Notes: a model not told the origin generated them from the letters alone. A stretch of DNA of 64,000 bases from Octopus sinensis (GCF_006345805.1 NC_042998.1:42408001-42472000), one strand, 5' to 3'; counted from the stretch's first letter, positions 39,675-53,444 are shown. Program-made: numbers and translations.

Positions 39675-39843
39675 CAACAGGCTTCTTTCAGTTTCTGTCT
39701 ACCAAATCCAAATCCACAAACAAGGCTTTGGTTGGCCCGTGGCTATAGTAGAAGACACTTGCCCAATGTGCCACACAGTGGGAATGAACCCAGAACCATG
39801 TGGTTGGTAAGCAAGCTACTTACCACACAGCCACTCATGCACC
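39385..39843 (-). mobile_element. SINE family 1, full length
   Basis: Homologous to other copies. Confidence 0.9.
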
Positions 39844-40770
39844 TGTGAATCAATAATTAGTATCTCATTAAGTGCAGGGGACATTTTCAAAGAAACTTTT
39901 TGTTTTGTTTCAGAGATATCCTGTTACATTTACTATTAGATAGTTCAGCATACTGCACAAAAAATTTGTACATATTTACACATTTAACAATACCATAATC
40001 TAACTGCTTGACATCATGTATTGTCTGTTGAGCTATAGTTATTCACATCAAACTTTTATATCTGCATTCCTTCCTCTAGAAACCTAATCTCCTCTGTTTG
40101 TATGCTAATTTGAAGAGTCTCCTAAGCAAGTTATCTCAAATCTTATTATTTCTCAACTGCACATTTGGATGCACTTGAAACATTCATTGCAGGACTCCAA
40201 ACAACCATGATGGTGAAATGTATATAGGGACTAATAATACAAATGTGTGTTTATCATAACTTCTCTTAGAGTTGCTCTTTATTTCATAACTAGTGATACT
40301 ACTTAGTTTAGGAGTTACTTAGCCATTATATTGGAAGCAGACTGGAATATGGTAATCTATATAGAGTTCTAAACATAACAGTTACAGTTGTACATCTTTT
40401 TGTACACACAAAATGTACTCTCTCTCTCTCCCTCTCACTCTCCCTACCTCTATCTGTTCCTCTTCTCTCCCCTCTCTCTTGCCCACCCTCTCTCTCACCC
40501 CCTGCATGTGTGTGCATTTGCGCACATGCATGTGTATGCATGTGTGTGCATATGTATATATCTCTGCATCAAAGTTGATGTAATCATACGTAGATTATGA
40601 AACAGCTGTAATCTCTACAGAAATATCAAAACTCATTGCCTTTCACCTTTCTTGTTTTATTTGCTTATATATAAACGCCAATACACAGGAAAATAAATCT
40701 ATATCATGTTAATACTACTATAATATTATAATGTCATGTCAGGATATAGAAGCAGTCATATTTAATATAT

Positions 40771-40998
40771 TTAACCCTTTCGTTACCAACCCGGCTGTTA
40801 CTAGCTCTGGCTCTGAGTACAAATGTCTTGCTTTCATAAGTTTTGAATTAAAATCTTCCACTAAACCTTAGTCACAATTTATGTTCCTAACACTAGCTGA
40901 ATGATAACGAAGTTATTTTACTAAATTCTTTGTTATATTTAAAGTAATTGAAAGAAACACGGAGCATCTCAACAGAAATACAGTAACGAAAGGGTTAA
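40771..40998 (+). mobile_element. piggyBac-type MITE family A
   Basis: TTAACCCTTTCGTTAC...GTAACGAAAGGGTTAA. Confidence 0.9.
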
Positions 40999-41345
40999 TG
41001 CATTGCCATTCTCTAGGTTCAGAATTAGATGTAAAATAAATTACAGTATAGGTAAAAGGTCAGGAAATGTTGATATATACAGTGTCTCACTTGAGGTGTA
41101 GTTAATATGAAGTGTCCAACTTGATTTTCAGGTGCGTACATTGTAAGATGTGAACTGCAAATATCTATAATCTAATATGTATAACAAGATATATATAAGA
41201 TATTACAATGCATAAAATAGAACCAAAAGAATTCTCAGATAAGCTTAATTCATTAACATATTAAAACAAACTATTTTTTTCTCTTCCATGTTTGCCGTTT
41301 GTTATTCTAATGTTAATGGGTGTAAACATTATTTCTTTACAATAG

Positions 41346-42769
41346 GTTAGAAAGAGCCAAAATACAGCAACAGTTATCACATCAAGGAGCGAAAGTCAGA
41401 CAAATAACAAATGATGTCTTCTACTTAAGGCGAATGGCATCAAAGAATGAGCGCCAGATAAATAGGTTAAGTGGTACAATTGAAAATCAACTAATGACAC
41501 AATCTTCTTTGGTAAACACTGAAGCTGAACTGAGAGTTAGATTAGATGATTTTAGATTCCTGGAGATGAATATCAGTCAAATGGTATCAGATTTGCATTA
41601 CACATTTCAGAACTTCACTTCAGAAACATTAGCAGTTTCTGAAGAAGTTGAAAATTTGAAGCAAGAAATGAAAAACATCTCAGATATAAATACCAATCAA
41701 TCAGCAGCTATCAAACATATGCAAAAAGTTGTCAGTGGTTTTGTGGTTGAACTTGTACCTGAGGGTTATTATAAAGAGAGTCTGGATAATATAACTCCAC
41801 AGCAAGAAGGAATTTTAGTTGATGTGAAAACGAAACAAATTGCTAACAAAATGAAATACCTAATGTCTGAATCTGAAGATAATTCAGGTGACACTATACC
41901 AGAAAATACAACAAATTTTGGAGGATTTCAGCAAAAACTTTCGAAGGGCTCTGTTGCTCTAAAGAGCACTGAAGAAGCTCAGAGATTAAAAAAATATGAG
42001 GAAGAGCTAACAAAATTGCATAAAATGTTTATTAACCTAAGTGTTGATTTTGAATATTTCAAGTCAATGTTTACATCTAAACAATTGAAGATGAGTGACG
42101 GACATTTTCAAAACTTAGTTTTGAATTTAACAGAAAGGATGGGCTCTGTTGAAAAATTAAAAGCTTTAAATGCAGAACTTTTGTCCAATAACCAAGAATC
42201 TCAAGTCAACATATTCCAGATAAGAAACATGGTTTTGAATAATACACACAAATTGGCTGAAATTAAGAAACTAATGACAGAAAATAGAAATGAAAATGAA
42301 ATCCAACCTAAACAATTTAAAGACCAATTTTTTGCCATCAATAAATCTATTGAAGACTTGAAGAATAATTTGCACCATGCAAGGAATAAAGCTGAACGAA
42401 GATTAGCAGAAAAACTGAAAATAGTTAGCAAAGAAATGCAAATGACTCAGTACAAGTTAACTGCTTTAGAAGCTCGTGTTCTAAATGATTCCTTGTCTTT
42501 ATGTGTTAAGAAAAACCGTGACTTGGAACAGAATCTTAAATTACACGATTTAGACAAGAACATCCGTAAACTTGAAGGCATCATGTCATCCCAAAGGGAT
42601 CAAGTAAAAAGATTGGAATACCGAGTGTATCAGCTCCACTACTGGAATCGAAACCAATCAGAAGTCATTGATATATTAAAAAATCAAGCACAGGCAATTT
42701 ACAACAATCTGCCTTTAATAGAACATGTTGAAGAGGAGCTGAATAACTTCCGACATCATTTACCAACTG
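41346..42769 (+). CDS. Large internal exon of a Scabrous-like coiled-coil + fibrinogen-C protein (coiled-coil region)
   Basis: The 447-aa ORF stays open upstream of its Met (LERAKIQQQLSHQGAKVRQITNDVFYLRRM) to an acceptor tttctttacaatAG|G at 41345/41346; an alternative AG lies at 41350. It ends at the donor ACTG|GTAAGT (42769/42770, phase 1) and has heptad-like L/E/K/Q composition. Confidence 0.85.
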
Positions 42770-43357
42770 GTAAGTAAAGAGTATTATTCTACATTTCAGT
42801 GGTAAAACACATTTTCTCTCAAAGTTATAATTATTATGATGAGTTAAATCAAGTCTATTTTAATATTGCCATAATTCTTTTGAGTTTAACAAAAAGAAGG
42901 AAAGGAAAGGCCAGAACTAAGAAAAAATCAATGCTTATCCAGTTGTTTGTTTTAAATATTTTGGGTGAGTTGTGATTACCACAAAACACATTTTTTACTT
43001 TAGATCTGATTAGGGTTTGGTCACACTCATTGCTTCTTGTAATCCAAATTTCCCACCCCTCTCATCTGGCTTTTGTAATGCAAACAAAATTCGAATATTA
43101 CTGAATATTTACGACATGCTTTCTTATTTTATCATAGTACATCAATCAGTCTCAGATGCAGAGAATATACTTATTTTATTTTTCCTCTAATCCATTTTAC
43201 TTTTTACCTTGTGCAGTGATGCTCATGTGCATTTGAATTGTATAAAGTTCAATATGAGTGAAAGTTTCCAAAACAATGATGCACTAAGCATTTCATTAGT
43301 TTAGTGACTCAATGATAAAATAGACTTCAAAAGTTCCCCAGACATTGAAACACTAGA

Positions 43358-43702
43358 CAAGTGGTCCTCAACTGTGATCCATATGGTCTCTGAGAGCCCA
43401 TATAAGATTTTTAGGGTCCATGCAACAAAATAGTAAATTAGGGATCCACAATAGTATTTTAAGGGCCCCTGAAAAAATTTTGCTTTGGATGTGTGTGTAA
43501 AGGTATGTATTGCAAGAAGCAGCTAGGTTTCTTTCTCTAACATTTTACATATTTCAACCAATACATTTGAGAAAAACAAAACAGGAATTTTGAACAAATT
43601 TTCTAAAAAACTGGGTTTTAAACATTGAATATCTGTTGGGATCCATCAGAATAAAATATAAATCAAAGGGGTCCATAGATAAAAACTGGTTGATAACTTC
43701 TG
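43358..43702. mobile_element. hAT-like MITE
   Basis: Imperfect TIRs caagtggtcctcaac / gttgataacttctg. Confidence 0.5.
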
Positions 43703-44439
43703 CACTCGGCAATTCATTAGCTAGAAGGTACAGATAAAACAAACTTCAAAAGTTTTACCTAAATTTTTGCTGTATTTTACTATTTTCTGCAATTACTTTT
43801 CCCGTTTTGCCATGATAAATATATGTTTGGCTAATATAATCTATATTGGAATCAATTACATGAACTCTTGTATACTGTCGCCGCTGCCGCCGCCGCCATA
43901 GCCACCACCACCACCACCACCTTCTAACAAAGGAGTTGTGGGATTACTTGATTGAATCAACTCCAGTATTTGAATAGTGCCCTGTTTTATTGACCTTATA
44001 AAGATGAATGGTAAAGTTAGCCCTGACAGGATTTGAATTCAGAATATAAAGAATCAAAATATATACTGCAAAGTATTTTGTCTGGTTCTCTAAGGTTCCT
44101 GCCAATGTACAATAATGATGATTGTGATGATTTCCTCATTTGTTACATGTAAAGAGATAGCATAAAGACAAGATACAAATATGATAGTAGTTTCCATGTA
44201 TGACATGTGAAAAGGAATTAACAAAAATAATGGTTAACATTAAAATTTGAATGAAGAAAATTGTCCAATAGGGAGGATACTACAGAGGGCTACTTGAGTG
44301 AAAATACTACATAGCTGGATCCATTGTACATATGAGAGTAACTCTGCAACAACTCCACAAGTCAGTCATGTTTAAATACTGAAAGGGTGTGAGCAGAAAG
44401 ATTTTATCACTCTGCATGTATTAAGGACTGATCCAAACA

Positions 44440-45780
44440 AGGACCTGTAAAATTTGCCCTAAACTGGCAAGGCCCATTAATAACACTGACCAAAACAGCA
44501 GACAGATTTTGTCACTGACACCATGATCAAAACACTAGTCCAAAGTTGCACATACAAATACATAGAAGTGAACAAAAGAGATGACACACAATGCTTTGCC
44601 ATCAAGGAGAATATGGGAGGGTGTGTATGGTGCTAAAAAGTGAACTGAATGTAGCTAACAGGTTTAAATCAATTAATACCCTAGCAATACCTGTAGTAAC
44701 AGCAGTGTTGATGTCATCGATTGGAAACTAAACAATATAAAGAGATTGGACATCAAAACAGAAAAAATGCTGACCATAGAGAAGATGCACTATCTCAAAA
44801 CATGCTGGCTGATTGTACCTACTGAGAGCTTTAGGAGGATGTAGTGTAGTTCAACTCAAACTGACCTTTAAAACAATCTGTGTTGGGTTGGATATGTACA
44901 TAATGAAAACGAACTACTCCTATGAACTACCTTTGATCGATAAAAAGGCAAAACAATTCAAGAAAGGGTTTAATTTCCCATAAACTTCACCAACAGAAAA
45001 TGTGGAAACAACCATTCATGCTAATCAAGTGGAGCAGAATGTAAAACAACATGGCCAGCTTCGACTGCAGAAAACATAGAAGGACAAGGTAATGCATAAG
45101 AAGCATCTAAAATAGATGCAGGATGGAAATAAGAACTGCATAAAGACACTAGTGACTTAAAAGTACTCGGCTGAAAGCAGAGTTCGAAGGTTTGATAATT
45201 GCTGCACAAAATCAGTCTTATGAATGGATGATCTTGCTATCTCCCCATCAAAGAAGGAATAGATCCCCAATGCATGATAATGCAGGATATAGGAAAAAAT
45301 ATGTAGAAACCATCAACCACATCCATGGGTATAACAAGTTAGCAATGTATCCACACAGCATAATAAGCAGGAGTTATAAAATCCAAGACACCCGAGAAAT
45401 GGCATGAACATCAACTAAACACAGTCACTGACAACAACGGTATCACCATCTGCTGAGATATGCCCATCCACACTGACAAAGATATAAAAGTCAACAAGCC
45501 TGACATTGTTATCAAGGATTGGAGGTTTATATTTCTTGATACCGTAATATTGAAAGAAACATCTTCATGTAAGTCACAGAGAAGATGACCAAGTACTAAG
45601 ACCTGGAAACCAAAATAATACCCGTGGTCATTGGAGCACTTAGACTCAGAAAGAAGAAACATGACTATTTATGCAGTCCAGAAGATTGAACTATTTGGAA
45701 TAGTTCACATACTACAGAGAGTGATGAGCTCTAGCAAGTTAAATAGGCCCATATTTGGTGTGCCTTGGATAAATAAAGAT
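44440..45780 (+). mobile_element. Old, degenerate R4/Dong remnant (3' part) in the sca-like intron
   Basis: Broken-frame INTLAIPV, LDIKT..ML...MHY and WDMPIHTDKDIKVNKPDIVIKD match the intact element's ORF, with many stops. Confidence 0.8.
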
Positions 45781-46057
45781 GTTGCAAATTTCAGGATTAC
45801 AGATACTGACATTTATAAGGATCCTTCCAGTCAGCATTTGACACCTTCTCTGTAATCTTCTCTGTAATCATGTATATCAATTCGATGCATGTCCATAGAT
45901 GAATGTACAATATATTACCATCCACAAATCCAAGTGCATGAAATGTTTTAAGCTTAGACTTTTAACTAATATAGTTTGACATAATTTAAGACAACACTGT
46001 TTTGTGATAGCTTTTACTTTTGTAAATTAAAAATTTTTCCATTTTCATCTATTTCAG

Positions 46058-46689
46058 ATTGTTCAAACATAAAGGAAAGTGATGACTTTTACTCTAGCAT
46101 TCAAGTCATTTATCCTCGCGGAAGTAGCAGTTCTGTACAGGTATTATGTGAAGTGGATGAAGATGGAATCTGGACAGTTTTTCAAAAACGATATAATGGT
46201 TCAGTGGATTTTAATCGGTCATGGGAAGAATATAAACATGGTTTTGGTACCATTGATACTGAATATTGGTTAGGAAATGAATATATTCACCTTTTAACAA
46301 ACAATGATGCCTATTCTTTAAAAATTGAAATGATTGATTTGGATAAACGTTTGTGGGTTGCAGTTTATGATAATTTCCATGTCAGTAGTGAGTCAACTGG
46401 TTATACACTGAACATAGGCACCTACTCTGGTAATGCAACTGACTCACTTCAATATGCGAATCATTCTCCATTCAGTACAGTTGATGCGGACCATGATGCA
46501 AGTAGCACACACTGTGCTGTTCACTATACTGCAGGATGGTGGTACAAACACTGTCATTATGGCAATTTAAATGGACGTTACAATGTTGGCATTGTGTGGT
46601 TCAACCAGTTGCTAGATGACTGGATACAAATGGAAAGCAGCATCATGAAAATTAAAAAGATAACTGATTTTGAACCAACTCCATTATAA
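46058..46689 (+). CDS. sca: Terminal exon: complete fibrinogen-related domain (FReD), Scabrous-like
   Basis: Acceptor catctatttcAG|AT. The phase-1 join gives HHLPT-DCSNIK. Motifs WTVFQKRYNGSVDFNRSWEEYKHGFG, EYWLGNE, FST.D.D.D, C...YTAGWWYKHCHYGNLNGRY. The compact NLNGRYNxGxxWF...WI..xSSxM tail matches my recollection of Drosophila Scabrous; the symbol is tentative until BLASTed. Stop TAA at 46687-46689. Confidence 0.8.
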
Positions 46690-46739
46690 TGTATCATACA
46701 CATATTTCCATCATAATAATCAAGAATCTCTATGTATGA

Positions 46740-46994
46740 ATATATATGAATATATCAAATTGTATATATATATACATACACTCAACACACATACACATAC
46801 ATGCATGCACACACTCACATACATACAAACATGTGTATAAATATACACACTGCACATATACATACACCTGTATGCACACATACACACATATACACATACA
46901 TACACATGTACATATATATGTGTGTGTATATATATATATCCATAAAAGCATTTGTTTTTGAATGTTCAAATGTATATATATATATAAATATATA

Positions 46995-47025
<31 letters not shown>

Positions 47026-47027
47026 GT

Positions 47028-47115
<88 letters not shown>

Positions 47116-47176
47116 TATATATATAATATATATATATAATATATGTATATCTCTCTATGTATACATATATATATGA

Positions 47177-47212
<36 letters not shown>

Positions 47213-47230
47213 ATCTCTCCCTCTATGTAT

Positions 47231-47275
<45 letters not shown>

Positions 47276-47311
47276 GTGTATATATATATATATATTATAT
47301 ATATATATATA
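46740..47311. repeat. Compound (CA)/(TA)/(TATG) microsatellite in the presumed 3' UTR
   Basis: Read directly from the sequence. Confidence 0.95.
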
Positions 47312-47316
47312 TAAAT

Positions 47317-47336
47317 AATAAATATTAGGGAATAAA
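47317..47336 (+). promoter_or_regulatory. Candidate poly(A) signals for the sca-like gene
   Basis: The first AATAAA hexamers I found after the stop codon (47317-47322, 47331-47336); both lie inside a Penelope-like element. Confidence 0.3.
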
Positions 47337-47490
47337 TCCAAATTTACAGGGAAAAAATCAGATTTAGGATTAAATCGATTTTATAGTAAAATATTATAAA
47401 ATATTATTCGAGACAAAACCACTATTTTGCAAAACAAACGAAGAAAGACTTAATCAATACATAAATTTTAATAAATAGTCAAAAAAACCG

Positions 47491-47533
47491 CCACTACAAT
47501 CGTTTCCTGTCTTGATCGACAATCTTCAGGTGG
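47491..47533 (-). ncRNA. Minimal type I hammerhead motif, mirror copy
   Basis: Exact reverse complement of 47594-47636. Confidence 0.75.
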
Positions 47534-47593
47534 ACTTCCAATAATTCAGTGTCAAATTATGAAGTCATAATTTGACACTGAATTATTGGAAGT

Positions 47594-47636
47594 CCACCTG
47601 AAGATTGTCGATCAAGACAGGAAACGATTGTAGTGG
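47594..47636 (+). ncRNA. Minimal type I hammerhead ribozyme motif (intact core)
   Basis: ccac-CTGAAGA-ttgtc gatcaa gacag-GAAA-c gatt g-TA-gtgg: stem I 4 bp, stem II 5 bp, short stem III, GUA cleavage triplet. Confidence 0.75.
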
Positions 47637-47811
47637 CGGTTTTTTTGACTATTTATTAAAATTTATGTATTGATTAAGTCTTTCCTCGTTTGTTTTGCAA
47701 AATAGTGGTTTTGTCTCGAATAATATTTTATATATATATATATATATAATATATTATATATATATATATATATATATGTGTATATGTATATATATATATA
47801 TATATATGTGT

Positions 47812-47869
<58 letters not shown>

Positions 47870-48571
47870 TGCATTTCATACTGACTCACCCTTTAAATAT
47901 TTATATACATGCATGCATGCATTTTATATAGCTATACATGTTTATATAAATGACTATTGCATTAATGTATTCATGCATAAATATAGACAGAAGATTAAAC
48001 AAAATTTTGTTAAATAGAAATTCAGAATGTTTATTATTTAATTAAACTGCTTGGTGAGACACCAGTAGATAGATCATCTTTAAGTATGTAAACTTACAAA
48101 TCATTTAATGTATGATGGATACGTTGACTTGATTTAAAATCCCATATAACATTAGTTTGTGTGTTAGATAATATTAGTTTGGTATTTTTTGCTAGATCAT
48201 TACCTGAAGTATTGTGTTTGTGTGGGTGAGATAAAAATGTTATAATTGTTTATATTTTATGCTTATGATCTTGTTATATTTTCTATGTCTGAAAATTCCA
48301 TGAAATTAGAATGGCTTGTTTCATAAAATACAATCCTCATCATCTATCATCATTGTTTAATATCATCCATTTTTTTCATGCTTGCAAGGATTTGATGGAA
48401 TTTGTTGAGGCAGATTTTTCTATAGTTAGATGCCATCCCTGTCACTAACCTTCAGCTGTTTCCAAATAAGGTAATATTTCACCATAGAAGACAGGAAACA
48501 AACAACATTGCTAGTATGATGATGATACTCATTTACAATCATCAAATGGTGTCAAGAAAAGGTTATACACG

Positions 48572-48599
<28 letters not shown>

Positions 48600-48613
<14 letters not shown>

Positions 48614-48825
48614 ACACACACAGATACACAAACATGCATACAAACTGACACATGCATAAAAATATATGATGAGTTTCTTTCAGTTTCTGTCTACCAAATC
48701 CACCCACAAGGATTTTGTAAATCTGGGACTGTAGTAAAAGATACTTGCCCAAGGTGCCACACAGTAGGATTGAACCCGAGATCACATGGTTAGGAAGTAA
48801 GCTTCTTAACCACACAGCCATGTCT
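48600..48825 (-). mobile_element. SINE family 1, head half
   Basis: Homologous to other copies. Confidence 0.75.
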
Positions 48826-49586
48826 GTGGCTATGTATGATATTAGCATGCATGAATGTGTTTGTATGTTTTTGCATATATATGTGTGTGTGTGTCTCTAT
48901 GTGTGTGTGTGTATGTGTGTATGTATGTACACACACATGCACACACACATACACACACTCATACATATATGTATTTATGTATGCCTGTATGTATGGATGT
49001 ATACATACCTATATGCCATAACGGTATGTGGAAATACTTAGGTCATGCAGTGAGCATTAATAAAGTAAATTGTAAAGAAAAACTTATCTCTATGAGACAA
49101 TATGTATTATTTGACAATAAAAAAAATATATTTCACACATATATATTCTTATTTATATATACTTGTTATTACTAATTCCTTCATTCATATGAAATAAATT
49201 AACTAAAAATTTTTTCAAAAGCTTGGAGTGAATTCAGTTGTGATGTAACTAACAAATATATTCACTCCTCAAACTGTTATGAAATAAGCAAAGGCAGAAA
49301 TTATTTTGCTTTATGGCAATATATTTAATGTCTTATTGAGCTGAGATTTAATAACATTATGCATAGTATATACATATATTCTGCTTGAAAGGAAGCTGAA
49401 ATTGTGCCTATCTAACATTCAAATTTCAATCATTTACTAAATTGAGTTAGCATTTTAAAAATTTCCTGGAAATCATTTACTCTTTATATGTTATAATTAG
49501 TATTTGCAATTTATAGTTTTTATTTACTTGACAACCAGGGTTGTCAAGTAGTGTTGAGAGACAAACACAGACACAAAGACACAGGC

Positions 49587-49649
<63 letters not shown>

Positions 49650-49688
49650 ATATATGTATATATAATATATATATATTATATATATATA

Positions 49689-49860
49689 GGTACAAGTGTG
49701 GCTGTGTGGTAAGAAGCTTGCTTCCCAACCACATGGTTTCAGGTTCAGTCACACTGCGTGGCACTTTGGGCAAGTGTTCTTACTATAACCTCAGGCCAAT
49801 GAAGGCCTTGTAAGTGGATTTGGTAGACAGAAACTTAAAGAAGGCCATCATGTGTGTGTG
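49689..49860 (+). mobile_element. SINE family 1, head half running into an expanded (TA)-rich tract
   Basis: Homologous to other copies. Confidence 0.75.
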
Positions 49861-49880
49861 TGTGCGTATATATATGTATA

Positions 49881-49971
<91 letters not shown>

Positions 49972-50007
49972 TATATATTATATATATATATTATGTATAT
50001 ATATATG

Positions 50008-50067
<60 letters not shown>

Positions 50068-50250
50068 ATATATATGTATATATATATTATGTATGTATAT
50101 ATATATATATGATGTATATATATATATATATGTATGTATATATATATATGTATATATATATATATGTATGTATATATATATATATGTATGTATATATATA
50201 TATATATGTATGTATATATATATATATGTATGTATATATATATATGTATG

Positions 50251-50281
<31 letters not shown>

Positions 50282-50332
50282 GTATGTATATATATATATG
50301 TATGTATATATATATGTATGTATATGTATATA

Positions 50333-50404
<72 letters not shown>
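49850..50404. repeat. About 550 bp of (TA)n with recurring TGTATG interruptions
   Basis: Read directly from the sequence. Confidence 0.95.
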
Positions 50405-50409
<5 letters not shown>

Positions 50410-50439
50410 CGACAGGCTTCATATACACATGTGATAAAT

Positions 50440-51311
50440 AAACAATAAAATATTGTCTAAATTACAAAAAATGAAAAATAACACTGGCATCTCATTTTAA
50501 CAAATATATTTACCAAAATTGCCTAAAAATATCTTGAAATACTAAAGAGTAAATTTATTATAAAATTGCCATTGGCTTCAACCACGGCCTCCAGACAACT
50601 TCAGAATCTCCTGCAACTCTTCTGGATGGTCTCATTGTTTAAGTTGGTAAATGCTGTCATAATCTTTGCCTTAAGTTCATTTTTGGTCTTACAAGGAGTT
50701 TTGTTGGTCTCTCACTCAACTGTGCCCCACACATAATAATCAAGGGGGATGCAGTCTAGGGAGTTAGGTGGCCAGATGTTTGGGGTGGTGTGGTCACAGA
50801 AATTGTCTGACAGCCATGGCTGGGTTCACCTGCCTGTGTGGCATGGTGCAGAGTCCTGTTGCCACCCTCTTGACCCAGGACAGCACTACCTCTTCCAGGC
50901 ACTTGATGTAGGCCTCTGGGCTGAGTGTGAGACTGTGTGGGAAGATGAATGGAGGCATAACGTTGCCATCAATAGTGATCACTCCAAATACAATGATGTT
51001 GACTGGATGTTTGATTTTTATCACTCTCAGTACATATACTCAGATTGCACAGTCCTCAGATAGCACTGACCTCAGATTAACATCCAAACACTCTGAAATG
51101 TTTGTATTGGAACTCTTGGGATGAATGCCAAGCATTACAGCATGTCGTTTCCAAATTTCTGGTAATGTGAATTGCGTCATGGTGCTGTTTTTCTCATAGA
51201 TGGTGTCCAACTAACCCTACTATATTGTTTAGTCAACAAAATCAAACACAAACAATACATACACTTGAAATTAAAAATATAAAATGGTGACAATTTACCC
51301 ATTGCATCCTA
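50440..51311 (-). mobile_element. Second copy of the same Tc1/mariner derivative
   Basis: KHPVNIIVFGVITIDGNVMPPFIFPH...EAYIKCLEEVV; TIR caatttacccattgcatcct at about 51291-51311. Confidence 0.85.
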
Positions 51312-51314
51312 TAT

Positions 51315-51353
<39 letters not shown>

Positions 51354-51356
<3 letters not shown>

Positions 51357-51668
51357 TGCATAGTGGCTGTGTGGTAAGTAGCTTGCTTACCAACCACATG
51401 CTTCTGGGTTCAGTCCCACTGTATGGCACCTTGGGCAAGTGTCTTCTACTATAGCCTCAGGCCAACCAAAGTGGATTTGGTAGACGGAAACTGAAAGAAG
51501 CCTGTTGTATGTATATATATATATATATATATATGCATATATGTGTATAGGTTTGTGTGTGTGTGTGTGTGTCCCCAACATCACTTGACAACCAAAGCTG
51601 GTGTGTTTACATCTCTGTAACTTAGCAGTTCGGCAAAAGAGACCAATAGAATAAGTACTAGGCTTACA
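51354..51668 (+). mobile_element. SINE family 1
   Basis: Homologous to other copies; a further partial body follows at about 51715-51850. Confidence 0.85.
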
Positions 51669-52371
51669 GTCTTTCTGTCTGTATTTCTCCCCTGCCCTGT
51701 CCTCACTGCTTGACATCTGGTGTTGGTGTGTTTGCATCCCTGTAATTTAGCAGTTCAGTAAAAGACACTGATAGAATATGTACCAGGCTTAAAAAATAAG
51801 TCCACACACGCATCCAACCAAAGTCTTGTAAGTGGATTTGGTAGATGGAAAGTGGTTGGACATAGCTTCTTTTTGAATTTGTCACCCACTGAAATATATA
51901 AACATATCTACATAAATGAGTTGCACTCAGCATATTTAGTTGGAGGTAAATATTTTAATTTCAGATTGACTCAGCTCCACATTTCTCAAAGCTTTGTAAG
52001 TATAGATATACAACTGCATACTCAGATTACAGTTTATGTAAAGATAGTTTAAAAACATTTTTAAAATAGTTTCTAGGGGAGAATATCTAAGTCACTATTC
52101 ATCAGGTCATGTGGATACTTTGACAAAGTAGTCGCAATAGTTTATTCTGTATGCACTCCACATGGTAGACGAGACAGTCTATAGAGAGTAGTTTATAGAA
52201 TTTCAAAGTTTGGTGTCATCAGTTACTGATACACTATGTCAACAGCCCTCCGAATTTTTTTGCACCACAGACCAGTTTCAGGCATGGTAATTTTTCCATG
52301 CATCAGATTGTCAAGTATATAGCAAAAATTCAATAAAGTGCATAATATATAATTTCTTTATTACATAAAGG

Positions 52372-52650
52372 AAAGACCCCCTTCGGTCATGAATGATCAT
52401 GGGATTACACCTAGAGATTTACCTTCCAAGGCACAAGTCTGGGCAAGGATGTTTATTAGAAGACCAGTAATTGCCCATGCATAACAGATGCCCACTCCAT
52501 GCCACCGATGTTATCAACACCTGGGTGAACTGGAACAATGTGAAATAAAGGGTCTTGCTCAAGAACAAAATACATAGCCCAGTTCAGGAACTGAACACAC
52601 TACCTTGTGGTTGTGAGCCCAACACTTTAACCACAGAGCCATGCACTTTC
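52372..52650 (-). mobile_element. SINE family 2
   Basis: Homologous to 62271-62606. Confidence 0.8.
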
Positions 52651-53444
52651 ACTTTATAAATGTATTATATATAATACATATATAAAACAAAGGCACCTTG
52701 CAAATTTTGATAGTCAATAAAATAAGAAATAAATTAAAAACTTTTCCCTTCTGTACAGCAAGCTACAAAATGACCCATGGCCAACTACTGGTCTGTGACT
52801 TACTACTGGTGTGGGCCTTGTGGTTGGTGACACCTGAACTAAGTAATGGGGTAACATGTATAGTGGAGTTAGATTATATATTAGTTTGTGAGTCAAGTAT
52901 AAGTGTATAGTGAAATTTTAACCAGGTGATAGTTGGTAACAACAATAGTCGGTAGAAAGGAAATAATTTTACTTTAGGAAAACAGGGATAGTATACTCTG
53001 CAATTTTGCATTGGCCAACTAGGACTAGGGAGTCATTCTGGGTTATTAGTGGCCAATGGTTTGAAGTTCATTTAACAGTGTAAATCTTGGCAAACAACAA
53101 AAAGATTGATTAGTTTTCCTGTTCAACCAATTTTGTCAACAAACCTTATAACAGGGTTACTGGTAATCATTTTCAGCTGAGTGTAATGTGGTACCTTGCT
53201 CAAAGATACACTACTCTATCTGGTCTTAGAACTGGACCTTCAACCTAGTGATCATGAATTCAACACCCCTAACCACTAGGCTATGCATATTCACAATGAA
53301 ATATAACTTTTTGTAAATGTTTTACTTCAAAATCTGTCTTAATATCATTCTATAACAAACAATAAAATAAGTAATATAAAAATGCGTTTATTTTTCTTTT
53401 CATTGTAAATTTACAAGATTATAAATTCTTTCACTTTTCTTTCA

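Larger units (their letters stand above)
47312..47732. mobile_element. Penelope-type foldback element; palindrome arms 47395-47562 and 47565-47732
   Basis: 168-bp arms, a 2-nt loop (AG) and 1 mismatch; (TA)n tracts on both sides. Confidence 0.9.

Noticed and set aside
41100-41140. tttcAG|GTGCGT as the missing upstream exon boundary of the sca-like gene
   Set aside because: The frame that would join is closed by TAA a few codons upstream; no start codon or signal peptide.
52180-52226. Minus-strand CTGATGA...GAAA
   Set aside because: No stem II pairing between the motifs.
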